The position numbers were made by a program, and so were the translations under genes. Of a stretch of DNA of 64,000 bases, positions 51,990 to 64,000 are shown piece by piece (within the stretch, counting starts at the first letter, position 1; every line of letters starts with the position of its first letter). The stretch lies in NCBI GenBank assembly GCA_964016885.1, contig OZ024764.1:7874001-7938000 (forward strand), written 5' to 3'. A model generated the notes under the pieces. The model was given only the letters and a program-made list of their open reading frames with translations. It made no database searches and was not told where the DNA came from. Source of the DNA: Eledone cirrhosa. Lineage: Eukaryota.

Positions 51990-53030
51990 GTGTCTGTATG
52001 TGTTTTTGCAGTGGTTTTAGGTGGAGTGGGACTGTTTGTTTTGGTTATTTTTGTGTGTTGGTGTAGTGGTGGTGGTGGTGATTGTGTTATTCTGATGGGT
52101 GTCGGCAGAAGAGTCTTTTTTTTTTTATTCATTAATTGAGGACAGGAAGCCCTCAGGTGACCCCCTACTAAAGCAGTGGCAACATGAAGGCAGCCTACCC
52201 TCAACCGAAAAGTTTATGTAGGTGAATCCGTCCAGGAGTACATGTTGTGGAGTCCTAGCTATTCATTCTGGGCTCATTTGCACCAGAACTTCAACGCTAG
52301 TCCCATTAAATACATCTCTGGGGGACTTTCCTACTGAAAGTATTCTGTCTTCATCAAAATTGATGAAGCCGCACAGTATCCACCATATGTTTACCTTTGG
52401 GGTGACACTCGTGATTTTAATCTTTTCTGTCCTTTTTCCCATGCATGTGGTGAAAAAGGTATACAGGTTGGATACAATTGGCAACACAGAGTAATTTTGG
52501 GCCGTCAATTGATCCTTCATGAGTACTGAAATACTCCCAAAGTGTTTGCCACTTTGAATGAATGAAATATCATTCATTAAATTTTTGAAAACCAGTTCAA
52601 CCATTTTGAGGGCAGTTTCCTTAGGAATTTCTACAGGGGACTTGATGCTGAAAGCACCATTCTTTTCAAAAGTAACATATCTCCTAGCGTCCTTTAGAAG
52701 TTGTTCGGCATTTGATGTCGAGATATGTTAATTCCTCCTTTTTCTGAACTATCTGTGCAAAGGAGATTTTTGGTTTCTTTGTGGAATTGTCCGTGTTGGT
52801 GGTGTTGTCATTATTGTTGTTGTTCTTCTTGTTGTCACATGTTGTTGATATTGTTTGTATTTTCCTTGGTGTTGGTGTTGTTGTTGTCTTTGATGCTGGT
52901 ATTATTGGTGTTGTTATTTTTGTTGTCATTGTACTGTTTGGTGACATTTGTGTCATTATTATTTTTGTTTGGATTTAAATCAGCTTTTACGATTTTATTT
53001 CTTCTTTCCATCTCCAAAGTATCTATGGAG
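51990..53030 (-). mobile_element. LINE ORF1 fragment
   Basis: FGSISVLMKD..PKVNIWWILCGF..GHLRASCP; Thr/Asn-rich N-terminus. Confidence 0.7.
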
Positions 53031-53618
53031 AAGGAAAGGGAAGAGTAAGACGTTGACTGCAAGCTATGTAGTCTTACTGACTCTCCACTCCCATTATTGC
53101 CAAACACAGCGTTCATAGCGTAACCAAACTTCTTAACGATTTTTTTCAAAGTTCAATAGAGAAAAATTTTTTCAAACAAATATTTCGCCCCTGGGAGTTG
53201 ACCCAATGCCTGAAGGTCCAGATGGGGGGTCAAGTTACACAACAATATAAAATTTAAATGAAAACTCCCGGTTTTTCCTACATAAATTTACAGAAACCTC
53301 TCCGCGAAGTTTCACGTTTATTTTTGCACATATGCTCCATCTAGGTCAATACACATCTGTAAGAGTTGATACCAGCCTTTAAGTCTATCTTTGTAAAACT
53401 GGGGGCCATGTGATTTAAACCATATCAAAGCAGCTTTTTTTTACACCTTCAACTGGGGATCATCTTCAACTTCATCTCTTCCACTTCTAAAACACAAAGA
53501 ACAGGTCCAAGCAGATGACCCTGTTGGACCCCTGAGGGCAGATAGAATTAAATGGTTGGTCACCGAAGGAGAGGTAGGAGGCTCAAGTTAGGTTTGCCAA
53601 GGAAATTGATAAAGCTGC

Positions 53619-53652
<34 letters not shown>

Positions 53653-53713
53653 GGAAAACCGTAGCTATGAGGTCATGTCATTCCTTTGGTTTTTTATTTA
53701 GAAATAATTTGTT

Positions 53714-54621
53714 TCATATTTCTGGAAACATATGACGAATATGTTCCAATAATGTTTGGAATATGTCATCGTTAACTTCATAGCGCCACATGAATTCAAT
53801 TAGATGGGATTGAAGCAAATTCCTGGCTGTTCCATTTTCTCTTTTATTCCGATTCTTTACATGTTTCCACAAGCATTCTATGTGGTTAGTTGTGGCAAAT
53901 GTTACAGGAACAGCAAAATTGATGGAATGGTTTACAGTCAAATGTTGATAGCCTAGCTGATTGATCGTATTATAGGAGCGCCAGAGGTCAGAAATTATTG
54001 TCGTACCAGGCAATATACAATCTTGTATAACTGCTAAAAGTGTGTCTGCTGTCCGGTCTTCCACTGCCACTAAAAAACATTTTCTGGTATCTCTTTCAAA
54101 GCACCAAAGACCCACTGTGTTTTAACCTGATGGCCAACATTGTATTTCCTTCTGACGAAGGCGCTTTCGTCAGTCTCAACAGTTCGGATTGGCCCACCAA
54201 GCTTAATGTTTTGTGCCACATAATATTCTGCAAATACATCACGGCAAAAATTTCGCCAATCTGCTACGGCTACATTCGCGATACGAGATTCCTGTGAAAT
54301 CCCCTTGGCTAAATCTTCTTTTGCCCAATAATACAATATGTCAATTATTTGTTGACACTTCAATTTTCTAATTTCTAGAAATGTTCCTTTTCTAATAGAT
54401 ACCATTTTTCTACATGGCCTTCCACATGACCAGATAATTCCATCTGACACATTTTTTTTCACTCCATCCATACGTTCACCACATGAAGGGCAGACCTTTT
54501 CAGTATTCAGAAGTCCATGTTGTTTCAGACAATTAATGCTATCTGCAGTAGTAGCGGTAGCGATGGAAATATCGCGATGATTAATTCCATTTATGTAGAA
54601 TTCATATTTTTCAAGTTGCAA
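53714..54621 (-). pseudogene. Merlin/IS1016(IS1595)-like DDE transposase, frameshifted
   Basis: CPSC..WSC zinc ribbon, VETDES, RKYNVG, WVFG, IISDLWRSY, VNHS, TNHIECLW. Confidence 0.9.
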
Positions 54622-54889
54622 ATCCGTGTATTATCGCAAAGGGAAAAACCTAGGTTTGCATCAACGTGGTGATTTCAGAGAGAGAAACCTTGAATGATTT
54701 ATTTACACGTGGTGGTGGTGGTGGTGCTGGTCCCCTAAGGGCAGATAGAATGAAATGGTTGGTCACCGAAAGAGAGGTAGGAGGGTCCCAGTTAGGTTTG
54801 CCAAGGAAAGTGATAAAGCTGCAGTTTTCTTTTTTCATGGAAAACCCTAGCTATGAGGTTATGTCATTCCTTTGGTTTTTTTATTTAGA

Positions 54890-56706
54890 AATAATTCGTT
54901 TGATATTTCTGTCCAGTTTTAGTTGCATGTTAATCTGATGAAGATATCTGACTGACCAAATTTTCTGACATAGGCCATTGCATCTTGTGTATGTTCATAC
55001 ATGTAACGTGGTCTTCCCGAGAAGCTTGATGGCAGTATGACTGGGTGGTCAATATTTCTGGGGTGACCATCAGAATTTATGGCAGTATGACTGTGTGGTC
55101 AATATTTCTTGGGTCACCATCAGAACTAATGGTTGTATGACTGGGTGGCCAATATTTCTGGGGTCACCATCAGAATTAATAGTAGTATGACTGGGTGGCC
55201 AATATTTCTGGGGTCACCATCAGAACTGATGGTTGTATGACTGGGTGGCCAATATTTCTGGGGTCACCATCAGAATTTATGGCAGTATGACTGGGTGGCC
55301 AATATTTCTTGGGTCACCATCAGAATTTATGGCAGTATGACTGTTTGGTCAATATTTTTTGGGTCACCATCAGAATTTATGGCAGTATGACTGTGTGGTC
55401 AATATTTTTTGGGTCACCATCAGAATTTATGGCAGTATGACTGGGTGGCCAATATTCCTAGGGTCACCATCAGAACTGATGGTTGTATGACTGGGTGGCC
55501 AATATTTCTGGGGTCACCAGCAGCACTAATGGTTGTATGACTGGGTGGCCAATATTTCTGGGGTCACCTTCAGAACTGATGGTTGTATGACTGGGTGGCC
55601 AATATTTCTGGGGTCACCATCAGAACTAATGGTTGTATGACTGAGTGGCCAATATTTCTGGGGTCACCATGAGAACTAATGGTTGTATGACTGGGTGGCC
55701 AATATTTCTGGGGTCACCATGAGAACTAATGGTTGTATGACTGGGTGGCCAATATTTCTGGGGTCACCATGAGAACTAATGGTAGTATGACTGGGTGGCC
55801 AATATTTCTAGGGTCACCATGAGAACTAATGGTTGTATGACTGGGTGGCCAATATTTCTGGGGTCACCATGAGAACTAATGGTTGTATGACTGAGTGGCC
55901 AATATTTCTGGGGTCACCATGAGAACTAATGGTTGTATGACTGAGTGGCCAATATTTCTGGGGTCACCATGAGAACTAATGGTTGTATGACTGGGTGGCC
56001 AATATTTCTGGGGTCACCATCAGAACTAATGGTTGTATGACTGGGTGGCCAATATTTCTGGGGTCACCATCAGAACTAATGGTTGTATGACTGGGTGGCC
56101 AATATTCCTAGGGTCACCATCAGAGCTAATGGTTGTATGACTGGGTGGCCAATATTTCTGGGGTCACCATCAGAATTTATGGCAGTATGACTGGGTGGCC
56201 AATATTTCTTGGGTCACCATGAGAACTAATGGTTGTATGACTGGGTGGCCAATATTTCTTGGGTCACCATGAGAACTAATGGTTGTATGACTGGGTGGCC
56301 AATATTTCTTGGGTCACCATGAGAACTAATGGTTGTATGACTGGGTGGCCAATATATCTGGGGTCAGCATCAGAACTAAGGACATCTTTAAGGTGGATGT
56401 TGCTCTCTGCCCTCAACTTAGTTTGATTCCTTCGCAAGAAAGCCAATTTCTCTGTTTCAATTTTGCATACTTGTCCACCATGAACTGGCTGGTTACTTGT
56501 TTGAATTGCAGAAGTTGGTTGAAGTGATCTCGTACCATGAAATGATAAGCAGCTAATTGATGAGTCATGTTCTAGTCCTGTTCCTGGGTTGATCTGCTGC
56601 AACTGAAAATGATATCCATCTTGACCATTCCAGAAGATGAGCAGATATTGGAGTGAGTCATAGGCCCCGTGAGTTTCACATATTTGCCCCAACTGTCCGC
56701 ATTTGA
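54890..56706 (-). mobile_element. Helitron Rep fragment interrupted by a 50-bp satellite (~55030-56380, ~27 copies)
   Basis: YDSLQYLLIFWNGQDGYH, KIETEKLAFLRRNQTKLR, VILPSSFSGRPRYM..QDAMAYVRKFG..IFIRLTCN. Confidence 0.88.
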
Positions 56707-56924
56707 AAAATGACCAATGTCAATATTTAAAATAGTCTTCTACACATGGAGTATCGCAGGTTTTTTTCACTCGTATTTAAAGAAACAACCCTCGTTATGG
56801 TATAACGTTGTTCAAAAGAGATGCCCCACCCCACAGCTACCATCAGCTATAATCTATAATCGCTCTGTACCTTTCTATGAAGCTGTCATCCTTTTCTAAA
56901 TGATTTTAGGATTTTATGAATGCA

Positions 56925-57600
56925 GGAAATAGTTAGTTGTTGTTTTTTATTTAGTACATGGCTGTGATGCTTGTTACTGCTACCTATTTTGGCTATCAAG
57001 ATGTCTGCTGAATCAACTTCCGTGAGTGAAGCTCCAATGCCTTCTTTGGCCGAAGATGCAGGGTCATTGGCTATGGGGTGGGGATAAGGAAATAGTTAGT
57101 TGCTGTTTTGTATTTAGTACATAGTGATGCTTGTTACTGCTACCTATTTCGGCTATCAAGATGACTGCTGAATCAACTTCCGTGTGTGAAGCTCGAATGC
57201 CTTCTTTGGCCGAAGATGCAGGGTCATTGGCTATGGGGTGGGGATAAGGAAATAGTTAGTTGCTGTTTTGTATTTAGTACATAGTGATGCTTGTTACTGC
57301 TACCTATTTCGGCTATCAAGATGACTGCTGAATCAACTTCCGTGTGTGAAGCTCGAATGCCTTCTTTGGCCGAAGATGCAGGGTCATTGGCTATGGGGTG
57401 GGGATAAGGAAATAGTTAGTTGTTGTTTTTTATTTAGTACATGGCAGTGATGCTTGTTACTGCTACCTATTTCGGCTATCAAGATGTCTGCTGAATCAAC
57501 TTCCGTGAGTGAAGCTCCAATGCCTTCTTTGGCCGAAGATGCAGGGTCATTAGCTATGGGGCGAGGGGGTGGGGGGGGGGGGGGGGGAATAATTAGTTCT
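56925..57600. repeat. ~163-bp tandem repeat (4 copies) at the end of a Penelope GIY-YIG fragment
   Basis: ggaaatagttagttg..gccgaagatgcagggtcatt recurs. Confidence 0.85.
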
Positions 57601-57937
57601 TGTTTTTTATTTAGTAAATTATCCTTAAATTTCATGATTTGGAACAGTTTCTGTGAACACAATTGGCACTCCCTTCTTTCCCGTTCATATGACTTAGTTC
57701 CCTTCAGGACACTCCATTTTAGGTTGTAGGCTATATTTTTCATTTAAAATTTAACAGTTTTGGCTAGTGAGGTGGTATTAGCTAATTTAAGATTTTTATA
57801 GGAATGAGTGTGAGAATAAAATCTTCTCTTAAATGAATTGGAGGTTGCACCTACTTAGGATTGTGGAGTGTCTTTAGTAATGACCTTACATTTATATACA
57901 ATACTGCTAATTAAGCAATTGCCATTAAGGGGGCAGT
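57600..57937 (-). mobile_element. Penelope-like GIY-YIG endonuclease fragment
   Basis: CPLNGNCL..IVYKC..*VGATSNSFKRRFYSH..KWSVLK..CQLC. Confidence 0.8.
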
Positions 57938-58095
57938 GTGAAATGATAAGCAGCTAATTGATGAGTCAGGTTCTTGTCCTTTTCCTGGGTTTATCTGCTG
58001 CAGCTGAAAATGATATCCATCTTGACCATTCCAGAAGATGATTGGAGTGAGACATAGGCCCCGTGAGTTTCACATATTTGCCCCAACTGTCTACA
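57938..58095 (-). mobile_element. Helitron Rep fragment (third copy)
   Basis: Similar to 56538-56706. Confidence 0.75.
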
Positions 58096-58727
58096 TTTAA
58101 AAATGACCAATATCAATATTGAAAGTAGTCCTCTACCCGAGCAGTATTACAGATTTTATTTTCATTTGTATTTAAACAAACAACCTTCATTATAGTATAG
58201 CATTGTTCAAAGGAAATGTTGCAGGGGAGACAGTTGAAAAAAATGGTTTAAGTTATGACGTTTATTTTTCAACGTATGCTCCATCTAGGTCAATACACAT
58301 CTGTAAGAGTTGATACCAGCCTTTAAGTCTATCTTTGTAAAACTGGGGTCCATGTGATTTAAACCATATCAAAGCAGCTTTTTTTTACATCTTCAACTGG
58401 GGATCATCTTCAACCTCATCTCTTCCACGACACTACAACGTAATTTGCTATCAGAAGTGAATGTAGAAAAATGTGACGTCATTCGTCAACCTTCGTTTAT
58501 TTCCATATCACCACGCTGGTGCAAATGTAAAATTTATTATCAAGTTTTTCAAGTTAAGTTAAGTTTAAAAATAAATATATTTTCATAGTCATGGTTATCA
58601 AATTAGAAAGCAAATGAAGTTAAATTTATAAATAAATATATGTTCCTTTTTTTCACCAACCTTATACATTTATGAAGAATATGTATCTGTTCCAATAATA
58701 TGTTTCAATAATATTTCAAAAGCATGG

Positions 58728-59623
58728 CTACATATGACGAATATGTTCCAATAATGTTTGGAATATTTCATCGTTAACTTCATAGCGCCACATGAATTCA
58801 ATTAGATGGGATTGAAGCAAATTTCTGGCTGTTCCATTTTCTCTTTTATTCCGATTCTTTACATGTTTCCACAAGCATTCTATGTGGTTAGTTGTGGCAA
58901 ATGTTACAGGAACAGCAAAATTGATGGAATGGTTTACAGTCAAATGTTGATAGCCTAGCTGATTGATCGTATTATAGGAGCGCCAGAGGTCGGAAATTAT
59001 TGTCGTACCAGGCAATATACGATCTTGTATAACTGCTAAAAGTGTGTCTGCTGTCCGGTCTTCCACTGCCATTAAAAAACATTTTCTGGTATCTCTTTCA
59101 AAGCACCAAAGACCCACTGTGTTTTAACCTGATGGCCAACATTGTATTTCCTTCTGACGAAGGCGCTTTCGTCAGTCTCAACAGTTCGGATTGGCCCGTC
59201 AAGCTTAATGTTTTGTGCCACATAATATTCTGCAAATACATCACGGCAAAAATTTCGCCAATCTGCTACGGCTACATTCACGATACGAGATTCCTGTGAA
59301 ATCCCCTTGGCTAAATCTTCTTTTGCCCAATAATACAATATGTCAATTATTTGTTGACACTTCAATTTTCTAATTTCTAGAAATGTTCCTTTTCTAATAG
59401 ACACCATTTTTCTACATGGCCTTCCACATGACCAGATAATTCCATCTGACACATTTTTTTTCACTACATCCATACGTTCACCACATGAAGGGCAGACCTT
59501 TTCAGTATTCAGAAGTCCATGTTGTTTCAGACAATTAATGCTATCTGCAGTAGTAGCGGTAGCGATGGAAATATCGCGATGATTAATTCCATTTATGTAG
59601 AATTCATATTTTTCAAGTTGCAA
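58728..59623 (-). pseudogene. Merlin-like transposase, second near-identical copy
   Basis: Same motifs and same frameshift as 53714-54621; offset 5002 nt. Confidence 0.9.
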
Positions 59624-59891
59624 ATCCGTGTATTATCGCAAAGGGAAAAACCTAGGTTTGCATCAACGTGGTGATTTCAGAGAGAGAAACCTTGAATGAT
59701 TTATTTACACGTGGTGGTGGTGGTGGTGCTGGTCCCCTAAGGGCAGATAGAATGAAATGGTTGGTCACCGAAAGAGAGGTAGGAGGGTCCCAGTTAGGTT
59801 TGCCAAGGAAAGTGATAAAGCTGCAGTTTTCTTTTTTCATGGAAAACCCTAGCTATGAGGTTATGTCATTCCTTTGGTTTTTTTATTTAGA

Positions 59892-61112
59892 AATAATTCG
59901 TTTGATATTTCTGTCCAGTTTTAGTTGCATGTTAATCTGATGAAGATATCTGACTGACCAAATTTTCTGACATAGGCCATTGCATCTTGTGTATGTTCAT
60001 ACATGTAACGTGGTCTTCCCGAGAAGCTTGATGGCAGTATGACTGGGTGGTCAATATTTCTGGGGTGACCATCAGAACTGATGGTTGTATGACTGGGTGG
60101 TCAATATTTCTGGGGTCACCATCAGAATTTATGGCAGTATGACTGGGTGGCCAATATTTCTGGGGTCACCATCAGAATTTATGGTTGTATGACTGGGTGG
60201 CCAATATTCTGGGGTCACCATCAGAACTAATGGTTGTATGACTGGGTGGCCAATATTTCTGGGGTCACCATCAGAATTTATGGTTGTATGACTGGGTGGC
60301 CAATATTTCTGGGGTCACCATCAGAACTAATGGTTGTATGACTGGGTGGCCAATATTTCTGGGGTCACCATCAGAATTAATAGTAGTATGACTGGGTGGC
60401 CAATATTTCTGGAGTCACCATCAGAATTAATAGTAGTATGACTGGGTGGCCAATATTTCTTAGGTCACCATCAGAACTAATGGTTGTATGACTGGGTGGC
60501 CAATATTTCTGGGGTCACCATGAGAACTAATGGTTGTATGACTGGGTGGCCAATATATCTGGGGTCACCATCAGAATTGATGGTTGTATGACTGAGTGGC
60601 CAATATTTCTGGGGTCACCATGAGAACTAATGGTTGTATGACTGGGTGGCCAATATTTCTGGGGTCACCATCAGAATTGATGGCAGTATGACTGAGTGGC
60701 CAATATTTCTGGGGTCACCATGAGAACTAATGGTTGTATGACTGGGTGGTCAATATTTCTGGGGTCACAATTAGAACTAAGGACATCTCTAAGGTGGATG
60801 TTTGTTATTCTCTGCCCTCAACTTAGTTTGATTCCTTCGCAAGAAAGCCAATTTCTCTGTTTCAATTTTGGCATACTTGTCCACCATGAACTGGCTGGTT
60901 ACTTGTTTGAATTGCAGAAGTTGGTTGAAGTGATCTCGTACCATGAAATGATAAGCAGCTAATTGACGAGTCAGCTTCTTGTCCTGTTCCTGGGTTGATC
61001 TGCTGCAGCTGAAAATGATATCCATCTTGACCATTCCAGAAGATGAGCAGATATTGGAGTGAGTCATAGGCCCCGTGAGTTTCACATATTTGCCCCAACT
61101 GTCCGCATTTGA
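59892..61112 (-). mobile_element. Helitron Rep fragment with 50-bp satellite (~60030-60780, ~15 copies)
   Basis: Duplicate of 54890-56706; QFMVDKYAKIETEKL. Confidence 0.88.
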
Positions 61113-61975
61113 AGGTTTCCTGGCTATCTGACAGAGAAGAAATCCTACGGGATACGCTATTTACTATGGCCCTCTTGACTGACCCGGGATGATTGGAGTT
61201 GGCATTTACGTACTTGAGGCACTCGTTCGGCTTGTGGTATGGGTAGTAGAGGCCAGATTCTAGATTGAGGGTAACATCCAGGAAGTTGACTACCTTTCTA
61301 TTATTTTTTATGTTTATGCTGAGGCCCAGGTTTTTGAAAAATCTAATTAAGCTCTTTCTCATCCTATTTATCATGCTGTTTCTGTGGTCGAGTAACGTGA
61401 ACAACGTATCGTTGCGGTATATTCCACCACCTAACGATGGGATCTCGCCTTTCAGGTTCTTGAGGATGTAGAGGCCCACCAGGTCAGTAACCTGTGCCAA
61501 GTCGCTCAATCCCATTGTGATGTCAAAATTGTCCGGCCACTCTCTCCTAGTCCAGAGCTCACCATCGAAACCTATCATTGTCTTCCTGGCAGTATGAATG
61601 ATGTTAATTTCATCTCGGGTTAAATCTGTATGGCTGCGTGCAAACATAAGTGCCTTGTTAAGCACCACCGGGGAGATAGATGCTTAATAATTACATATAT
61701 CTAGCTGTATAAAATTAGACCTACCTTTGCACTGCAGAGCGTTAAGCCACTCTATCACTTCCCTCCGTTCTGGACCATTGCTGTAATTGGATCTTTTTTT
61801 AAGCGTTGGTATGATTCTGTCCAGTATTCTTTTGCTTATACTCCCGATGTCAGACCTTGATGGCACTATGTCTGACTGGGAGTTCAGTTCCGATGTTCGG
61901 TTTGTGATCCTTCAGCAAAATACAGGGTTCTCTGAGTTGGAAAGATCCGGTCCTATCCGCAATGCTGAGTTTATT
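61113..61975 (-). mobile_element. Penelope-like RT fragment
   Basis: FIQLDICNY, NFDITMG, IYRND, VNFLDVTL, YHKPN..SNHP. Confidence 0.85.
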
Positions 61976-61977
61976 TA

Positions 61978-63140
61978 CTATTCTATTAGTCCGCTCGTTA
62001 ATGTCGTCAGGTCGTAATTTAAAAAAAATTCTATAATTGTTTTCTTTACCCTATTTAGTTCACTATTGCTATGTTTAACTGCAGTAAACAATATATCATC
62101 TCTATATAAACCACCGGTAATCTCCGGCAGTTTTCTATTTATCATATTAAGGATAAAAATTCCCAGAAGATCGGTAACCTGTGCAGAATCCGACAATCCC
62201 ATGGTAATGTCGAAATTTTTTTGCCTATCAGAACGAGACCAAAAATCATTATTAAAATTAATCAAGGTTCGTCTAGCCGTTCACTAGATAAATCAGTATG
62301 TTTATATGCGTAAGATAAAGCCTTATTCAAAAGATTAGGTGTTATAGATGAGTAGTAACTGGCTATGTCCATTTGAATAAATTTATGATTTTTCTTATTT
62401 TCAATGTTCCTAAACCAATCTATTACTTCACTAGTGTCCTTCCATAAGATAAGCTTTGACTTCAATTTTAATGTTGGCAAAATTCTATCTATAATATTTT
62501 TACTAATTATTCCAATGTCCGACTTAGAAGGTGCTATAAGTCTAACCAGAAAGTCCTCTTCGAAATATCCTTTGTGGTCTTCAAAATTTATCCGCGTTTG
62601 CCTTCGTATGAAAGGTTCGGTCTTTCTTTCAATTCCGAGTTTGCCGATTATTTCAAACGTATCATTATTGATATCTACTAGATCCTCCTTTCTGTAATTC
62701 TTTCTCAATTCTTTTATAATTAAGTCCTTATATTCTGTTTTTGCTATCCCATATAAGTTGTTGGTTTTGTCTGACTTCACTAATATTTTATTGACTTTTT
62801 TTTATATCAATAATTTTTTTCTCTCAGACTTCTAAGGTATTCCTGGCTTTTATATGGGTTTGTTTTTCTTAAATTTTATCCTCCTTAATATATTAAAAAT
62901 TTCACATTCAAAATCTTCCAGGAGTTTGTTGTATGAAGGATTTTTCCTGGATTTGAAGATGTTTTCAAAATTACTGTTGTTGTTTTTCCTGTTTGTTTCT
63001 TTATTCTTGAAATGAAAAGCACGCCACCTCAATCTTCTTATGAAGGAGTTTGTTTGCCCAATAAGCTTCTTCATGTATTCCTCATTAGATGGTAAAGGTA
63101 TATCTTTGAAAGATGTAGAGAACCTAAAGAGTTCCATCAT
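61978..63140 (-). mobile_element. Penelope-like element, N-terminus and RT (second diverged copy)
   Basis: FIRRLRWRA, KSDKTNNLY, RLIAPSKSDIG, QMDIASYYSSI, FDITMG, LYRDD. Confidence 0.85.
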
Positions 63141-63337
63141 TTATTAATTGATAATCTATTGTAGAATAAGCGCTCTACCTACAGGGAGCTAAATATGACC
63201 AAAAGTTTAACAAGGTTCATTGATTAATCAATGAATATAGTTTTGCAATAGATTAGAAGCACTCAACAGAGGGGTTTCTGGAGTTATTAATATTACTTCA
63301 AAATATTAATAAATATAGACATTCATGTGATCAAATA

Positions 63338-63384
63338 TATTTTATTATATATATTTCATCAGTACGTCCTCATCAGATAAAATA
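63338..63384 (-). ncRNA. Degenerate minimal hammerhead ribozyme upstream of the Penelope ORF
   Basis: TATTTTAT-CTGATGA-N12-GAA-ATATATAT-A-ATAAAATA: 8-bp stem I and palindromic stem III; stem II poorly paired. Confidence 0.45.
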
Positions 63385-63835
63385 AGTTGATGTCTGACAT
63401 ACCTCAATTGTGCTGATGGTTCAAATCCAGTCTTGGCAGTGATTAGTTATGACAAAACTCAATATTTATATACCATAGGTAGTAACATGACAAACTACAT
63501 ATAATTGAGAGGGTACGTAGGAAAACGTGTATAAAATAATACAATAAGTATATATATTCTTGTGATGAAGGACTAGCGTCCAAAACGTTAAGACCCTCTT
63601 CCTGCTATATCAAGCATTAACCTAATATATCCCTTCCATATACTGTACCGATTGTGTTGTTATTTCTGTTTACCTACATACACATATATATATACACATA
63701 CATATATATATATATAATAGTGAACACATTAATAAACATGGTATATAATATGAATGACATTCAGAGTTACCCCACATCCCCACTCCCCATTGTTGGTGGG
63801 GGAGTATTTTTCTTCCCCTCTGAATTATATATATT

Positions 63836-63911
<76 letters not shown>

Positions 63912-64000
63912 CACACGCATGTATATGCAATTTATTTATTGTTTTTTTTAATGAAATTTGAAAAAATAAACTAACAAGCCATGTATAAAAGATGTGCATA

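Noticed and set aside
60862-61668. Apparent Penelope RT-Helitron Rep fusion protein
   Set aside because: Chance in-frame junction of two truncated fragments; the RT motif reads YRND and the Helitron part frameshifts soon after

Overview
This is eukaryotic, repeat-rich DNA. It is probably octopus or another cephalopod, inferred only from the SINE families and the microsatellite style. Bases 1-24.6 kb hold the last seven coding exons of a Jade/rhinoceros-type PZP (PHD-Zn knuckle-PHD) gene on +, with introns filled by minisatellites grown out of TE fragments. Bases 24.6-36.6 kb are SINE, MITE and satellite DNA. From about 36.6 to 63.4 kb is a dense mosaic of TE fragments (mariner, RTE, Penelope, Tx1/L1-like, Merlin, Helitron), and every fragment with a recognisable coding frame lies on the - strand, which resembles a unistrand piRNA cluster. 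Inside it, at 40.4-45.5 kb, is an endogenous parvovirus-like element with an unusual layout. A TATA promoter and an 18-codon leader are followed by PLA2-capsid and then NS1 on the same strand. Phase-matched splice signals suggest the whole capsid gene sits inside an intron of the NS1 gene.
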